Part shown: positions 51,584 through 64,000 of the stretch, one piece after another | How the letters are laid out: every line of letters starts with the position of its first letter | How positions within the stretch are numbered: position 1 is the first letter of the stretch | Source of the DNA: Bigelowiella natans CCMP2755 | Lineage: Eukaryota > Protista > Cercozoa | Assembly: GCA_000320545.1 (NCBI GenBank) | Contig: ADNK01000698.1 | Coordinates: forward strand, 1 to 64,000 | Direction: 5' to 3' | DNA length: 64,000 bases | Notes under the pieces: model-generated | The model's input: the letters and a program-made list of their open reading frames with translations, nothing else | Databases searched by the model: none | Told to the model about the DNA's origin: nothing | Position numbers and translations under genes: made by a program

Positions 51584-53269
51584 TATCATCGTTATATAAT
51601 CATTTCCCCTTGTCGAATTACGCCTCACGTTCCGTAATTTAGCGTGTGAGAGGCAGGCACTAACTGACCTTCCGTGACTTTCGAATCGTACAAGCTTGCA
51701 GGCAGGTCGGGGGGGGCTAAGATTGGGTATTTATGAAAATAAGTTCCGGGGATTTATGTGCGGAATTTCGCTCTCGGCCCCCATTCTTTACTTCGCATCG
51801 TTTCTTACTAACCACTGCCAGTGAGCTCTGTCAGCTGCTCACGTTTCTTCGCGTACAGATTTTCCTGATGAATAGCGCAGAAGGAGAGGGAAAGAGTTTT
51901 GTATCAGCGCTGCTGCACCCTCCTCATGACGACTGTCCTCCTCGTTCCCCATCGCTATTATTTGTTTAGCGCTGGCCGTTAAAACAAATGCAAATGCACT
52001 CTTACTACCCTGTTGAAGATGAGGTCATTGACAAGCTTCTCGCCATCTTTGAGCTGAAAAAATAATTGAGCATAGCTTCAGTCAGGCCAACAATATCTAA
52101 TGATGTATGATCGTTTTGCAGGGAGCAAGACACAGCAGCCTCATTTGCCCCATCTTCTCTTTCCAGGTTATCATTTCTATACAGCAGCTACTGCAGCAGC
52201 CGCCACCTGTTGTTCAGTATCTGCCACCACAAGGACATGCAAAGGTTCGTCTGGGGCGTCATCATTTCCTAATAAAAAACAAAGAGTCCTCAGAGCACCG
52301 CAGAGCTTCTACTACTCAAAATATTCTCGACGATACCGTCTTTGCTGGAACCCTTGCCTCGGATGATGAACTTCGCACCACTTTTCTGCGACATTTCCTA
52401 ATTTACGTGTTCAGTATATCAGACCCCAAAACCCCAACCAACTTGAAAGCATTGAATTCTAGGTGATCTACACCGCAAGACCGGTTGTTATAACTCAGTG
52501 AATAACCCTAATGCCCCTTCTCAATAAACAAGCAATCTCTACACCTTGATGGTCTTTCCGGAGGGGCCAATCAGCAACCCGAGGAAGTTGATATCAGGAT
52601 ATGTCTGAGGAAATAGAGAAACAATCGCGAATTTAAACCCATAAGACACAGGCCGAGATGGAGAGCTATTAAAAACAAAAATGAGAGCGGAGGATAAGTA
52701 CAGCCGAGTGATTGTGTTGCATTAATCCACATCAACACAACCTGGACTGGGATGTTGATCTTTGTTCTCTTCTTGTCACCATGCATTGCTCCAGAGCTGA
52801 TTGGCATCTGCATCTGCATTGTTGGTACCCCAGCTCCCCCCGGGCCTCCCGCTGAAATTAACCATAATAATATGTGACTTCCCCCGCAATGGTCGATGAG
52901 CATGGCCTCACGTGCTCGTGAGAAATAGTTGAGTGAGTGCAACGTATCATTTTTTATGGAATGTTCCCCAGTAATAACAATTGCATTTAAATCTAGGTTT
53001 AACTGCATCATCCGAAAACACGGGAACAGCCATCTTGCTGATTAGATATACAGTGGAAAAGAGTAACAACCGTCGCCCCCCTTTCGTTTGCAACATCCTT
53101 ACACTAATCCTATCAACATGCTTGAAAACTTACAGCCGAGCTGCCCTGAGATCCTATTAGCTATCTCTTGCGCACGAGCTTTTGCCTGAGCAAGAATCGT
53201 TGCCATGTCCACTCCTCCACCAGACGAGGACGACGCTGCCGCGGGCTTCTCGCCCCATCTTGATGCCAT
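47986..53269 (-). CDS. RNA-binding protein with three KH domains (FUBP/KHSRP-like, first KH is SF1/BBP-type) and a G/Y/Q/P-rich tail
   Basis: N-terminal helix ATILAQAKARAQEIANRI. KH1: KINIPVQ|TYPDINFLGLLIGPSGKTIK|EMSQKSGAKFIIRGKGS..EPLHVLV. KH2: IKIPNDK|VGLVIGRGGETIKSLQ|ADTGARIQI. KH3: IQIPQDK|VGLLIGKGGETIRNLQANTGCRIQ. Ends PANKRQRV-TAG. Confidence 0.9.
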
Positions 53270-53812
53270 CGTTTTACCTCTTTGAAGTACAGTTACGTTT
53301 CCTGGATCATAAGAATAAATTTGTTACATCATTCATGTCGACTTCCCGACTTCCCTCAGCATTCTCTCCCCCGCCCCACAATATTATCTCGCACCGCGCT
53401 CCCCACCTTCTCCGAGAGCGAAGCGTGGGCCACTTACTTTTCACCAACTTCCCTGCAGAACATCGTACAAAATATCGCTATTTATTTGCCCTCTAGTCTA
53501 TATTTATCTGTCGCAGATTACTAATATCCTGTCTTTCGCGTATATAGGTTCGAAAGTATCCCTGCCGGTAGGCTTGAATTGTTGCACGCGGAAAATTGCG
53601 TGAGCCAAAGCCAGGATTCTTGAGTTCAATGTGAATCCCGGTTTTCTTTACTTTTTTAATGAATTAAAGGCGATTTTGGGCATTTTTGGGTATCGCTCCC
53701 TCACGCACCCTTCACGCATATCCAAGCGGGCGAGGAGCAAGCAAGCTGAGGGGAAGGATCAAACACCTCCGCTTCGAGGACAAAATCTTCACCGTTTGTA
53801 CACCTCCCAACA
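53270..53812. promoter_or_regulatory. Probable bidirectional promoter/5' UTR region between two RNA-processing genes
   Basis: Head-to-head ATGs at 53269 (-) and 53813 (+), about 540 bp apart. This is inferred from geometry only. Confidence 0.5.
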
Positions 53813-54741
53813 ATGCCACGGTCTCCTTCGCCTTCCTCCTCATCCAGGAGCCGCTCCTCTAGTCGCTCCAGGAGTCCTAGGAAAGACACCGGTGCGAGAA
53901 AAGGTGCTCCCCTTCGTGTTCGCTAGTAAAATAGTCGAGATGAAAATGTCAACCCTTTTCGAATTTTGACCCAAGCTCACTCTCTCGCAACTTCGCATCC
54001 CACTCGTAAATTTTTGTCAGCCGGGAACGAAAACACGATCCTACACGTCACTAACTTGACAAGGAATGTCAATAAGGTTGCTAGCATTAAATGTGACAAT
54101 TCTTTACTTCGACTTTTCAACGCTTATTTTCGTTGTGGCACCGCCGTGCATCGAAGATATTAGAGGAAAAACTTACTGGTTCGTTCCTCCCTCGTGCGAA
54201 ATGTAATATAGGGTCATCTGGAAGAAATATTTGGCAACTATGGAAAAGTAAAGGACGTAGAACTGGGAATAGATGAGAAGGTTAATAATATTTTAAACCA
54301 ACGACGACATGAGCAGTTTAGATCAGCCGTGGAGGCTTTACTTTGCGATCTTCTTCTAAACTCCACATGGTGATACCTCAGGTGAAGCTCCCGCTGGGAT
54401 ACGCTTTCGTTGAAATGGAAGACAAGGACGGTGCAGAAAAGGTGGTTCCGCCTGAAAATGACGTCCTGAGTGGGCCTTGTGTCTAATAATTGCGCGTACA
54501 TTGCAGGCCTTGAAGTACATGGATTCGGGACAAATAGATGGAAACAAGCTCCGAGTGAAATACAAGTTAGTTGCGAATAGCCGTCGGAGCCCTGATCGCG
54601 GCAGGCGGGAGAGGAGTCCAAATCGTCGTGCACCTCAGCGTAGAGGAGGAGGAGGACGGAGCCCCCCCCGGAGGTTGTTGGGCATGAATATGAGGAATTC
54701 CAAGTCCTTTTTCCTGATGAACGATGTCTAGTCTGTGTTCG

Positions 54742-54787
<46 letters not shown>

Positions 54788-55111
54788 GCTCTCTTAGACC
54801 CTCTTCCACACTAAAAACAACAACATGATGTAAATTATTTATCTCTCAGGCGTGTGCCTGTTCGTCGAAGTCGGTCACCTCGCAGAGGCCCAAGGCGTGG
54901 ACGATCTCCTCCGCGAAGAGGGGGGCCACGACGACGCTCGCCTCGTCGAGGAAGGTCGCCTGTCCGACGCCCTCGCAGATCGAGATCGCGCGGCCGTGGA
55001 AGAGGGCGCCAGCCAAGGAGAAGGTCAATGTCGTCCTCAAGTGATGACTCGAGAAGCCGGTCTCGTTCAGGGTCTGACTCTGACTCTGGAAGATCAAGAT
55101 CCCGATCTTAA
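53813..55111 (+). CDS. RNPS1: RNPS1/SR45-like RRM-RS splicing/EJC-associated factor
   Basis: [15 protein letters not shown]..|ENTILHVTNLTRNVNK|GHLEEIFGNYGKVKDVELGIDEK|VKLPLGYAFVEMEDKDGAEK|ALKYMDSGQIDGNKLRVKY, followed by RSP repeats ending RSRSRS-TAA. Confidence 0.92.
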
Positions 55112-55389
55112 GAAGTACTAGTAGTGGAGTGGCATCAGTAGCCTGCTCTCCGAAGCTTCGTTTGCCGCCCTCGTTAGTTAGTATCGAACGAAAATGCCAT
55201 ATTTTTAGCTAAGGTAACATCTTATGATCTGTCTAATTCCTCGCGTCCTAGTACCATCTTGACCGCAGGTTTGGTTGCAAAGCTTGCATTGTGAAGCGAA
55301 TGTAGAAATATTCATGTTGACAATTACGATTTCAATACTGCAGAATGCATGTTATGTATTATTGTATATGTATACACACACACACACAC

Positions 55390-55445
<56 letters not shown>

Positions 55446-55559
55446 TGTAGATAGAGAAAGAGAGAGAAGTGATGACATTTCATCAGCAGAATCAACAACA
55501 ACGACAAACACCTTTACATTTTTGCACGCGAGACCTAATTATTTGAGTCGTGCTGGCGC

Positions 55560-56520
55560 ACGTAGTTGTTAATAATGATGGGCCACACAACGTAAGGGTG
55601 TGCAAAACGTAAGGGTGTGCAAACCATGCTGCTAGGCAAATTTAAAACAGCGCATGCTAAATGCACACGTACGTGTAGGATCACTGCACATAGCTAGACA
55701 GCACAATGCGAACAAAGGCAATAATAATGCTGTGTGTGCTGGGCGCATGTGTTTGCATGCCTGCACGTTGTATATGCTAGTATGCTTGCACAATCTTGCA
55801 TTATTCTAGACATCAATGTACTTTCTATATAAGCAACCAGAAGCTAGTCAGAAACTAGTCACACTAAGTGCCGGATAAGCGCATCATGCTATGCTAGCAT
55901 GCGCGCGCAGTATGATTATCGGTCAAACTGCACGATCGATGCGGATGTTGTACGTGCGTGCTGTCGATCTAACATGTCTAGATGTCACAATACACCGCGT
56001 AGGTATCGCGTGCATGTTGACCGTGATTGTCGTGCAGTCGATCACGCGTGCGGAAGCACATGTCATGCTTACTTATAACACTTTGACTTAGGCTACATTT
56101 AAAAGCACGTATGATGCTACGTACATTCACAAATGTGCATTGTTTGTATATGGCCACATATATATGCTGTTTTCATGCATGCGCCATGTGACCAAGGAAA
56201 CAAATAGATACAATTTAAGCGCTGTAGCCGCTGCATTGCATAGCTACATCAGGATGACCATTGAAACAATTTAAACATTTCATTACATCCGTCTCATATA
56301 TATGCTGTAGCCGCTGCATTGCACAGCTACATCAGGATGACCATTGAAAAAATTTAATTTGTTCATTACATCCGTCTCATATATATATGCATACACATAG
56401 CGCATATATGTGTACACAACTAATGACTTAAAAAAGGGCTCGCACCGGCTGCGTGCACTGCCCGACATCGACGACTGGACATGCTAGCATGGATGCTTTC
56501 AAATGCATGAAACACATTGT
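55560..56520. other. CTAG/CATG/TGCA-rich, partly TpA-depleted tract at convergent junction 4 (RNPS1 / myosin)
   Basis: About 8 CTAG in 55621-56100 by hand count, with runs such as gctagcatgcgcgcgcag and tgcatgcctgcacg. Confidence 0.72.
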
Positions 56521-56646
56521 GGAAAAAACAAACACACACACACACACACACAACATAAGGGCTGTAGCCGCAGCTTTGAACAGCTACATCAGGATGACCA
56601 TTGAAAATATTTAATCAATTCATTACATCGCCATCCGTCTCATATA

Positions 56647-56647
<1 letters not shown>
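56221..56647. repeat. ~83-bp repeat, three copies, with a terminal hairpin
   Basis: gctgtagccgc...agctacatcaggatgaccattgaaa...ttcattacat..ccgtctcatata starts at 56221, 56304 and 56561. A partial copy lies at ~42783-42819. Confidence 0.9.
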
Positions 56648-56687
<40 letters not shown>

Positions 56688-56792
56688 CACACGTGTACGT
56701 GTGTGCAAATCCCATTATGGCACACATTGCTATGCCACGGACGATATCAGACGATTATGTATGTCGTTTCAATTTTGCAACATGCTCCTGCC

Positions 56793-58782
56793 CTAACTTA
56801 CTTTACCGTCAGACCCGTCGACGTCTTCTGAGTTATAAAGCCGGAGCTGGTGTATCCTAACACATTCAACGCAGCCCATTTCAAAAGCAAAAACAAAGTA
56901 ATCGGGGGAAATCCACACCAAAAGTTCGAATGTTTTCCGTTCACTCTACTATTCTCATCCTCTCTCACCCGTTCCCTTGATAAAAATGTTATGAAGGTAA
57001 TTGAAAATACTGGCTTGATGCGCGCTTCCACGCTTAGATATATTCACCGACACGCACCATTGGTCTCGATGAGACTCGCTTTCGGCCTTGATTAGATACA
57101 TCCTTGCTGGCGCCCCGAGCTTGTACTTGGTAACAATACGAATGTACTTTGGTTTGCCCACAACGTGCGCCACCACTGCCCCGGAAAGCACCATGACACC
57201 CAATTCCTTCTGGTCGCGCTTAGAAAGGTAGTAGCAAAAGAAGTAGCAATTCTGTAGCTTTTTCAGCATGAAATAGCGCTTCTTCAACGCTTTGTCAGCG
57301 TTGACCCCGCCTCTTTTCTTGAGATATCCTTCACGGATGACGGTTGCATTGGTAAGATCGGGGAAGTACTCACCACGAGGGGCGCTTGGAGCTCGAGTGT
57401 GCTTCGGCTGTTTGCCGAACACTTTTGGGACAAAAGACACACCGCGTTGATGCCGCCGCCTTCGCCCAAAGAATGACGTCGTCCGTGCATGTTTTGGATT
57501 ACCCCCGGGAGAGCGACCTGGTTGGTGGGTGAGGAAGCAAGGTGGGATGGTGAAATATGCTTCGGCTGAAGGCGTGAGCTCTCAAGAAAGGTAATGACTT
57601 TTTCTTCTATCGTGCATCGTGCAAAATAACCTGCATTCTTCCGGCTTCCTGTCAACTACCCAACGCGCCTACTGCCAAGGCTGCTGTCGTCTGCCCCAAG
57701 CTTGGAGCTTGTTGGTGCCACTCGCTGTCTCCCGGGACCTGTGCTCTTACTGCGTGATGATGCCGCGACAGGGAGAGCGCTCAAGGTGCCACTGCCCTTC
57801 CCGCTGCTTGCCATTCCAGGAGGGGGAGGCAGGGCCACATCGCAGGTCTTTGGAGGGAGCTCCTAATGCGTGCAAGTGGTGTTAGGAAGAACGCACCCTA
57901 CGGTTCTCTCAACAAGACTATCCTAAAATCCATATCAGTATTGTCGTCGGGAGGGGGGGGGGAAGGGAGGGAAGGGGGGAAGGGGGAATGGATCTCCTTC
58001 CAGCATCACCAATGTAAATGGCACCCACGCTCCCACCTACTGCTTATTCTACCGGGAGTGACGGCGGCATTTCCATGTTGCAGGCATGAGGAGGAGGAGG
58101 CATGATCGGCTCTCCATTGTTATATTCTTCCACTTCCTCATCCGTGTCTACATTCGAAATACAAAGTTTAAAATTATCATATATAATCGTTTGACATATC
58201 CTCCCGAGGAGCACGTCTGTCGTAGATTTTGACAACTTCGTATGTTCTCCCCCCTACGCACGAGGCAGCGATCTTACCGCTGAAGTTTATCTTGATATCA
58301 GGCTCCGAGAGGGCTATATTCGAGAGATCCATAACAGATTTCTTGATGTTCTCGATCGAGGAGCTGGAAATTTGCTCGAGTTTCGGCGCCGAGTCGTCGC
58401 ACTGGTTCGCATTAGACGCTGCCTGGAGAGGTGATGGCGTTGGTGGTGCGATCTGAGCAGCATGGTCAGGAGGAGAGAAAGGAAATCACTTCGTAGATGG
58501 CATAGGGCACGATATGAACGTCGTTAAGCTGCACAGTTAAAGCGGTCTCAGCGCCACAAGACATCGCTTCCGAAACTTAATTACCCATACGCTAGCGACA
58601 TGTACAGCTGTGACCCGCTGCACCACACACTACTCGAGTGTACCATTACCTTTATCTCAGGCCGAGATCGCCGCCATTTCTTATCTGGTTCTAGAGGAGA
58701 CGCCAGGAAGTCCTCCCCTTCGTCCTCGCTCGAATCCAGGCCTATCGTACAACACACACACACACACACACACACACATATG

Positions 58783-58817
<35 letters not shown>

Positions 58818-59753
58818 TATATTCTTTACATAATTGCACATGTCACCCGGTAGAATTGGCGGGTGATCGGCATCGTTGAGCTCCTCTTGAATGTTTCGCA
58901 CTACTCTTTCCAAGTGCGGCACCGCACCAGAAGCCTGAACTTGCGGCCGGCCCATCAGCGCCTGCAGCTGTAGTGGTGGTAGTAGTGGTAGTAGTAATTG
59001 TAGCAGTATTAGTGCAAGCAAGGAGAGAAGGAAGGCAAGAAGAAGAGGCTTGGTAACAGAGCAGAGAAGGTGACAATTGATTCAAGTTGATTCATGCTCA
59101 GAAAACGGTTGGAAAAAGTAGCTCCTCAATGAACCTGCCTCATCTGCGCTGGACCCGGGGTGATGAGATCGCTGTCGAGCCCCTTGAAAACACCCGCAAT
59201 ATACCTGGCAATGTTGTTTTCAAATCATAAAAAAAACCGGAACGTGATAAACAAGTAAACAAATACGGGAGCAAGCAGATGACTTATGATGTGCGCAGCT
59301 GCTTGGGTAGTAATGCTCTTCCTTTTTGTTTGTGTGTTTGTGATGGATATCCTCACCAGTCAATGAGCTTGGAAGGATGGTGAATGGCGCTGGCGTGCTT
59401 AATGATGGCCGCACGAATCTGGGACTCGCTCGACTCTTCACGACCCCCCCCCTTCGAATGGGTGCTACCACCGTTGCTCTCCTGAAATTTGGGATTGAGG
59501 AGACCCTCAATCTTCGCCTCGTGTCCCTTCGCTTCGACCTCCACATCGTGCAGCTTCCTTCGGAGAGCAATAAGTTGTGTTTCCTTCTCCTGGAGCTCTT
59601 GGTCTTTCTGATTCAAGACCTGCGATGGATTGCGAGGAGGACGGGGGGTGGACAAGGAGGGGATGCGATGATGGATAGATGAATTTGGTGGTAACATTTC
59701 GGTATTCCACTGTACGTGTAGGAATAATGGGATTTATACACACACAAACACAC

Positions 59754-59803
<50 letters not shown>

Positions 59804-60745
59804 TCCGTTCGTGAGACAAGCAACCGATTCGAGCCTTTCCTTCTCTGCCAGTATACGCTGCCGAGCTTCCTCTACTATTCGCTTTCGATCTTCCTTAGCG
59901 ATACGCTTAGCCTCCTTCAGTTTTTGCTCTACTTCCCGCTCGAGTGCCTCTACGCGTGCATGCTCGGCAGCTTTCTCGGCTTCCTCAACCTGCTTTAGTC
60001 GCCTCTCGCGGTCCAGTGCCTCCTTGCGTGCAGTCTCCTTTTGTTTTTCGTCCATTCGAGCTAATGCAAATGACAACACATCATGATAAACTAGCATGCG
60101 GTGACAAGAGTGAAAGGCAATCTGTTCGCATCTTGAGGATGGGTTCATAGATGTTGTCGTTTGTTGTTGTTGCTGTTGCTGCTGCTGCTGCTGTTCTGTT
60201 GTTTTTATTATCGTTATTTGTTGTTGTTTTCCAGTTTGACCATAAGTGTTTTGAAGCTCAGCCTGGCCGTTAGCGACACACTTAGTGAGATCTTGGAGAG
60301 TGTTCCCCTTGATGTGCGAGTGAAGGGCCTCGGAGAGTAGCATCTTCGCAGGAGTCATGGCGTCCTGTAGCAGCGGAATTGCTCCGTCACCCATTGACGG
60401 CGCGAGGTTTATCGCGTTCTGCAACCTATGTACATGTGTATGCTTGTGCTTCATTTAGAGTTGATGGTAGAGGCTGTAGTAGCTGCTGGAGGGAATCAGT
60501 AATCCCCAGCAGTCACATTTTTCCTCTTCTTCTTCTTCTTCTTCTTCTTCTTCTTTTTCTGAATCATCTACCATCTACCATCTATCATCATCATCGTCAT
60601 CATGATCTTCATCATCCTCTCATGATCATTGTCACTGTCGTGGCGCCGACCTCTCAAGCGCCTCACGCATTCGGTTCGCAAGGAGCATGGTTGCTGCAAT
60701 TTGAGCCATGAATCCAGAGAGCTTGCATCCAGCCTGATAAGTAGA

Positions 60746-60790
<45 letters not shown>

Positions 60791-62780
60791 TGAAAGATAT
60801 CGCTCTAGCCCGGTGACATGCTAATATACTAGTAGGCTATTGGTCTTTGTACTCTTCAATCTTATTTATGTACATTTCTGTATGTGTTTTGTGTGTGTGT
60901 GTGTGTGTGTGTTTCTTGCCAGGGATAGTTGTGTACACGATGGGAGCTCGCCGCTATTTTGTGTAGCGTGGAAAATCAAGTAAAAATACAACACTTCTTC
61001 TCGGCAGCTCAACCTGCTTTGCCCAGTCAGGGTGCGACGCCATCTTCTTCTCGCACACTTCCTGTATCTGCTCCATTTCCTCAATCACACGGCTCTTTAT
61101 AGCACCGTCAACCTTTATCTCTAGCGTTATGGCGGAAATGACCTATCGTATGATTCAGCATGTTGTGAGGAGATGATGATCCCTGTCCTTGCATTAGGCA
61201 TGTAATGCGGGTTTTGAGTCTACTATTGCTTTGGGTTTCTTGAAGTTCATTCACCTCTTTAGCTTCGGCCAAAATGGGTCGATCAAACTGCTCTCGTGCC
61301 GCCTCTGCCTCCGCTATTTTGATGTCCATCAGCGCGCGCTCCTTGATGCTCAGCTGTTGTTTGGAAACGAGAAATGATCAATCCAAACGAGGGCGGGTAA
61401 GTGCGCGCATATATGTACAGATAATCAAGAGAGGCGGGAGGCAGAGAGATAGAGAGGGAGAGAATGTGAGACAGGAGAACACATGGCAAATGGTGGGAAT
61501 ACTGATATCACCTTTAGTTTTCGCTCAAGAGCATCGATTCTCTCGACTGTCCGAAGCGCGTGGTCAACCTCCTTCTTAGCTCGCAAATTCAGCTTAAACT
61601 TATCTCCAAAGCTTCCACACAGTAGCTCGCATGATGTGATGATACTCATGAGCTCCTCGGTACCGCGCTGTGAGCTTCGCGCTCGCTGATTTGCAAGTGG
61701 AGGGGAGAAATGATGTGGTCCGTAGATTGGGAAAGGGATGCGAGCTCGAGAGGAGAGCACAGAAGAGGAGAAAATCAGATTTTGTGAGTTTTGTTATACG
61801 CACCTTTAATGCTCCAGGAATTGCTTCTCTTAGCTCGTTTAGCCGCGGCAGTACCTTGACCAACACCACTTGTTCGGGAGAATTCTTCAGAAGATTCTCC
61901 GACGCCTTGAGCGCGAGGAAGATATCCTTGATTCGTTCCTCTAGCGACGGCTTCGACTCCGACATTGCCTTAGAGAGCTTGTCTCGCGCGGCCACTAAAG
62001 CCGCCACTGTTACCTTCGCTTCCTGGAATGATATTGGGAGGATAATTTGTGCAATAGCGAGTGAATATTTTACGCGCAATATACGCTTAAATTACTTTAG
62101 CACTATGTGGGTGGAGTGAGGACGATTTCTCACCTTAAGAAGGCGGTCAATAACGCGCAACTGGCGGCACTTTTGCAGGCAAACTTCGATCTTTTCCAGT
62201 GGTACGTTTGGATTTCGCACTGTCTTCGAGAGCTCTTGGTAGGCTGCTTGCATCTCGATGTACTTCCTCCGCTGCCCATATCCGCGGATATACGCACTGA
62301 TCACACAAGCTGCCCTTTTTTTCACCTTTTTCGTAGTTTTTCCAGAGATGTCTTATGTCTATTTCCGATGACACTGCTTTTGCTCCTTTCGACTTCCCCC
62401 CCCCCCCTCCATCCTCTCTTGGTTCTCACCCCATTCTCTCCTGGAATTGGTGTCTCGAGTATGGTTTTCATCGAATGTGCGGTGGTTCGCGACTGACCTC
62501 AAGAAGGTGTCGCTCCAGCTCGCGTTGGATGTCGGGCTTGTAGAACATGACACTGACCCCACTTTGCCAAAGTGCGATGGGAATGCGATCTTTGAGCGCC
62601 TTCGGAAGCTTTGCCTCCACCTGTCTGCATATCTCTGCGTTTTCCTTCTTAAAATCTACGCCCTGTGTTAAGGCGACGGAGAGGGGAGAAACATGGTGGT
62701 GGAGGGAAACAATACGTAAGCGTTAGTGAAGCTGAATTCTACTTACTTGGCGATAATATTTGCATATTTTTATGTGCATA

Positions 62781-62811
<31 letters not shown>

Positions 62812-64000
62812 ATAATATTACGTAATATGCATCTCTACACTATTAGTCATTCTTCCTCCCCCTCCCCCCCACCCCCAATATTGTCCTATTCATATCCCCT
62901 GCTGATTTCCAGTAAAACCTTCTTCCAGTAGATGCTTGCTCCACGGATAATACCGTAGCGCTTAAAGAATTGCCAGTGCGACATACGGTTTGTATAGCCT
63001 AACTTCCTCACGGTGACAGCATCCACCACGCCGCACGTCGTGAGCTGGCGCATCACTTCCGATCGATCGATTTCCAACGGCGCCTTCTCCTTGTTCGGCT
63101 TGATGCATCGTACGAAGTGGGAATCCGTTGCGCGAATGGTAGCGAGAAGACTGCTGAGTTGGCTTTGGAATTGTTTGGCCAAGCTAGTTGCCCCCCCTCT
63201 TCTCTTGCGTCTGCCACTACGCATTCGCCCTGTCTGCTTCATCTTCCTCTTGCTTCCCTCCTTCTCCTCATCCTCCCGACTCCCACCCCCTGTGCTCGTG
63301 GCAAACATCTTCTGAATTAGTGAATTCGAAGAGGTGCGCATCATGTCCTCCACATCCAACGTTAGTTTGCTTCGGTTCTTGGCTAGAAATCCGGTGGAGT
63401 CATAGACGACGTCCTCGGCAAAGTGTTTGATTGTGAAGTGCGGGTCGTTTGCCATGCGCGGCGCAATGAACTTGGGGTGAGCGCTGTGAGCCTTCTGAAG
63501 CTTGCTGACAAAGCCAGTGTCGGAGCCGGTTTTCACCTGCCATATAAAGAAAGAAGAGGGGAAATTATAATAGATTGGCGGAGAGAAACATTGTAGCGGT
63601 TGTGCAAAGCTACTTGTTACTTCGTGGCACTTTTACCTTAAGCTCGTCCCTGAGCATGAGGAAGACGCCTCCCTTCTTTTCCAGAAGTGCCACAGTGTCG
63701 CTGAAGAAAGAAAGTTGTACTGATTTTATTAGAACTCATAGTGCACAAATCTGGTAGCACATGATCCCCCCCCCCCCCCCCTCTCTATCTGAAAAATAAT
63801 CAATTACACCCGTGTTTGTGAGTGTGTTTGTGTTTGTGTTTGAATCGACCTGTTATCTGGGTAGGGCATCTTGTCTATGTTAATTTTTTCTTCGCTGTAC
63901 ACACGAAGCTCCATTTTGAAGACCTTTTCACCGTAAGAAGAAGCAAAGATGATTCAGCACCAATCAACTCTCCGCAGCCGTCTCAATCAGTCGGTAAAAC
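56793..64000 (-). CDS. Unconventional myosin (5' part outside the window): motor C-terminal half, IQ, helical/SAH region, Pro-rich linker, C-terminal PH domain
   Basis: Motor FTIKHFAEDVVY and HFVRCIKPN..QLTTCGVVDAVTVRKLGYTNRMSHWQFFKRY (62950-63536). IQ motif ISAYIRGYGQRRKY (~62270). ER/K-rich helix at 59820-60060. PH domain VIREGYLKKRGG..KKRYFML...LIKAESESHRDQW|IHQLRLY; TAG at 56793-56795. Confidence 0.93.

Noticed and set aside
56221-56647. CRISPR array or C/D snoRNA cluster
   Set aside because: The context is eukaryotic with no unique spacers or cas genes. Only a CTGA is present, with no clear RUGAUGA box C.

Overview
This is intron-dense eukaryotic nuclear DNA with short GT-AG introns full of (TA)n, (GA)n, (CA)n, (TAC)n and poly-G. 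TAA, TAG and TGA all end genes here, so the code looks standard. A bipartite plastid-type presequence on CPOX suggests an alga with a secondary plastid, plausibly a chlorarachniophyte (inference only). Nine genes can be rebuilt by hand splicing, and they alternate strand perfectly: divergent eRF1-like (-), CCCH zinc finger/methyltransferase-like (+), a ~25 kb IP3-receptor-like channel (-), coproporphyrinogen III oxidase (+), ACBP (-), an extended SDR/DFR-like enzyme (+), a 3-KH RNA-binding protein (-), RNPS1/SR45-like (+) and a myosin with a PH tail (-). The strongest unexplained signal is compositional. All four tail-to-tail junctions are CTAG-rich and show loss of TpA outside CTAG (near-complete at one, partial at the others), with TpG/CpA/CpG excess, while head-to-head regions look normal. 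Duplicated segments and degenerate microsatellites point to TpA->TpG/CpA change (A>G at TAH), the reverse of fungal RIP. This suggests a region-targeted mutational or base-modification process focused on gene 3' ends, or a modification-driven basecalling artefact. All counts are by hand and all exon boundaries are manual predictions.
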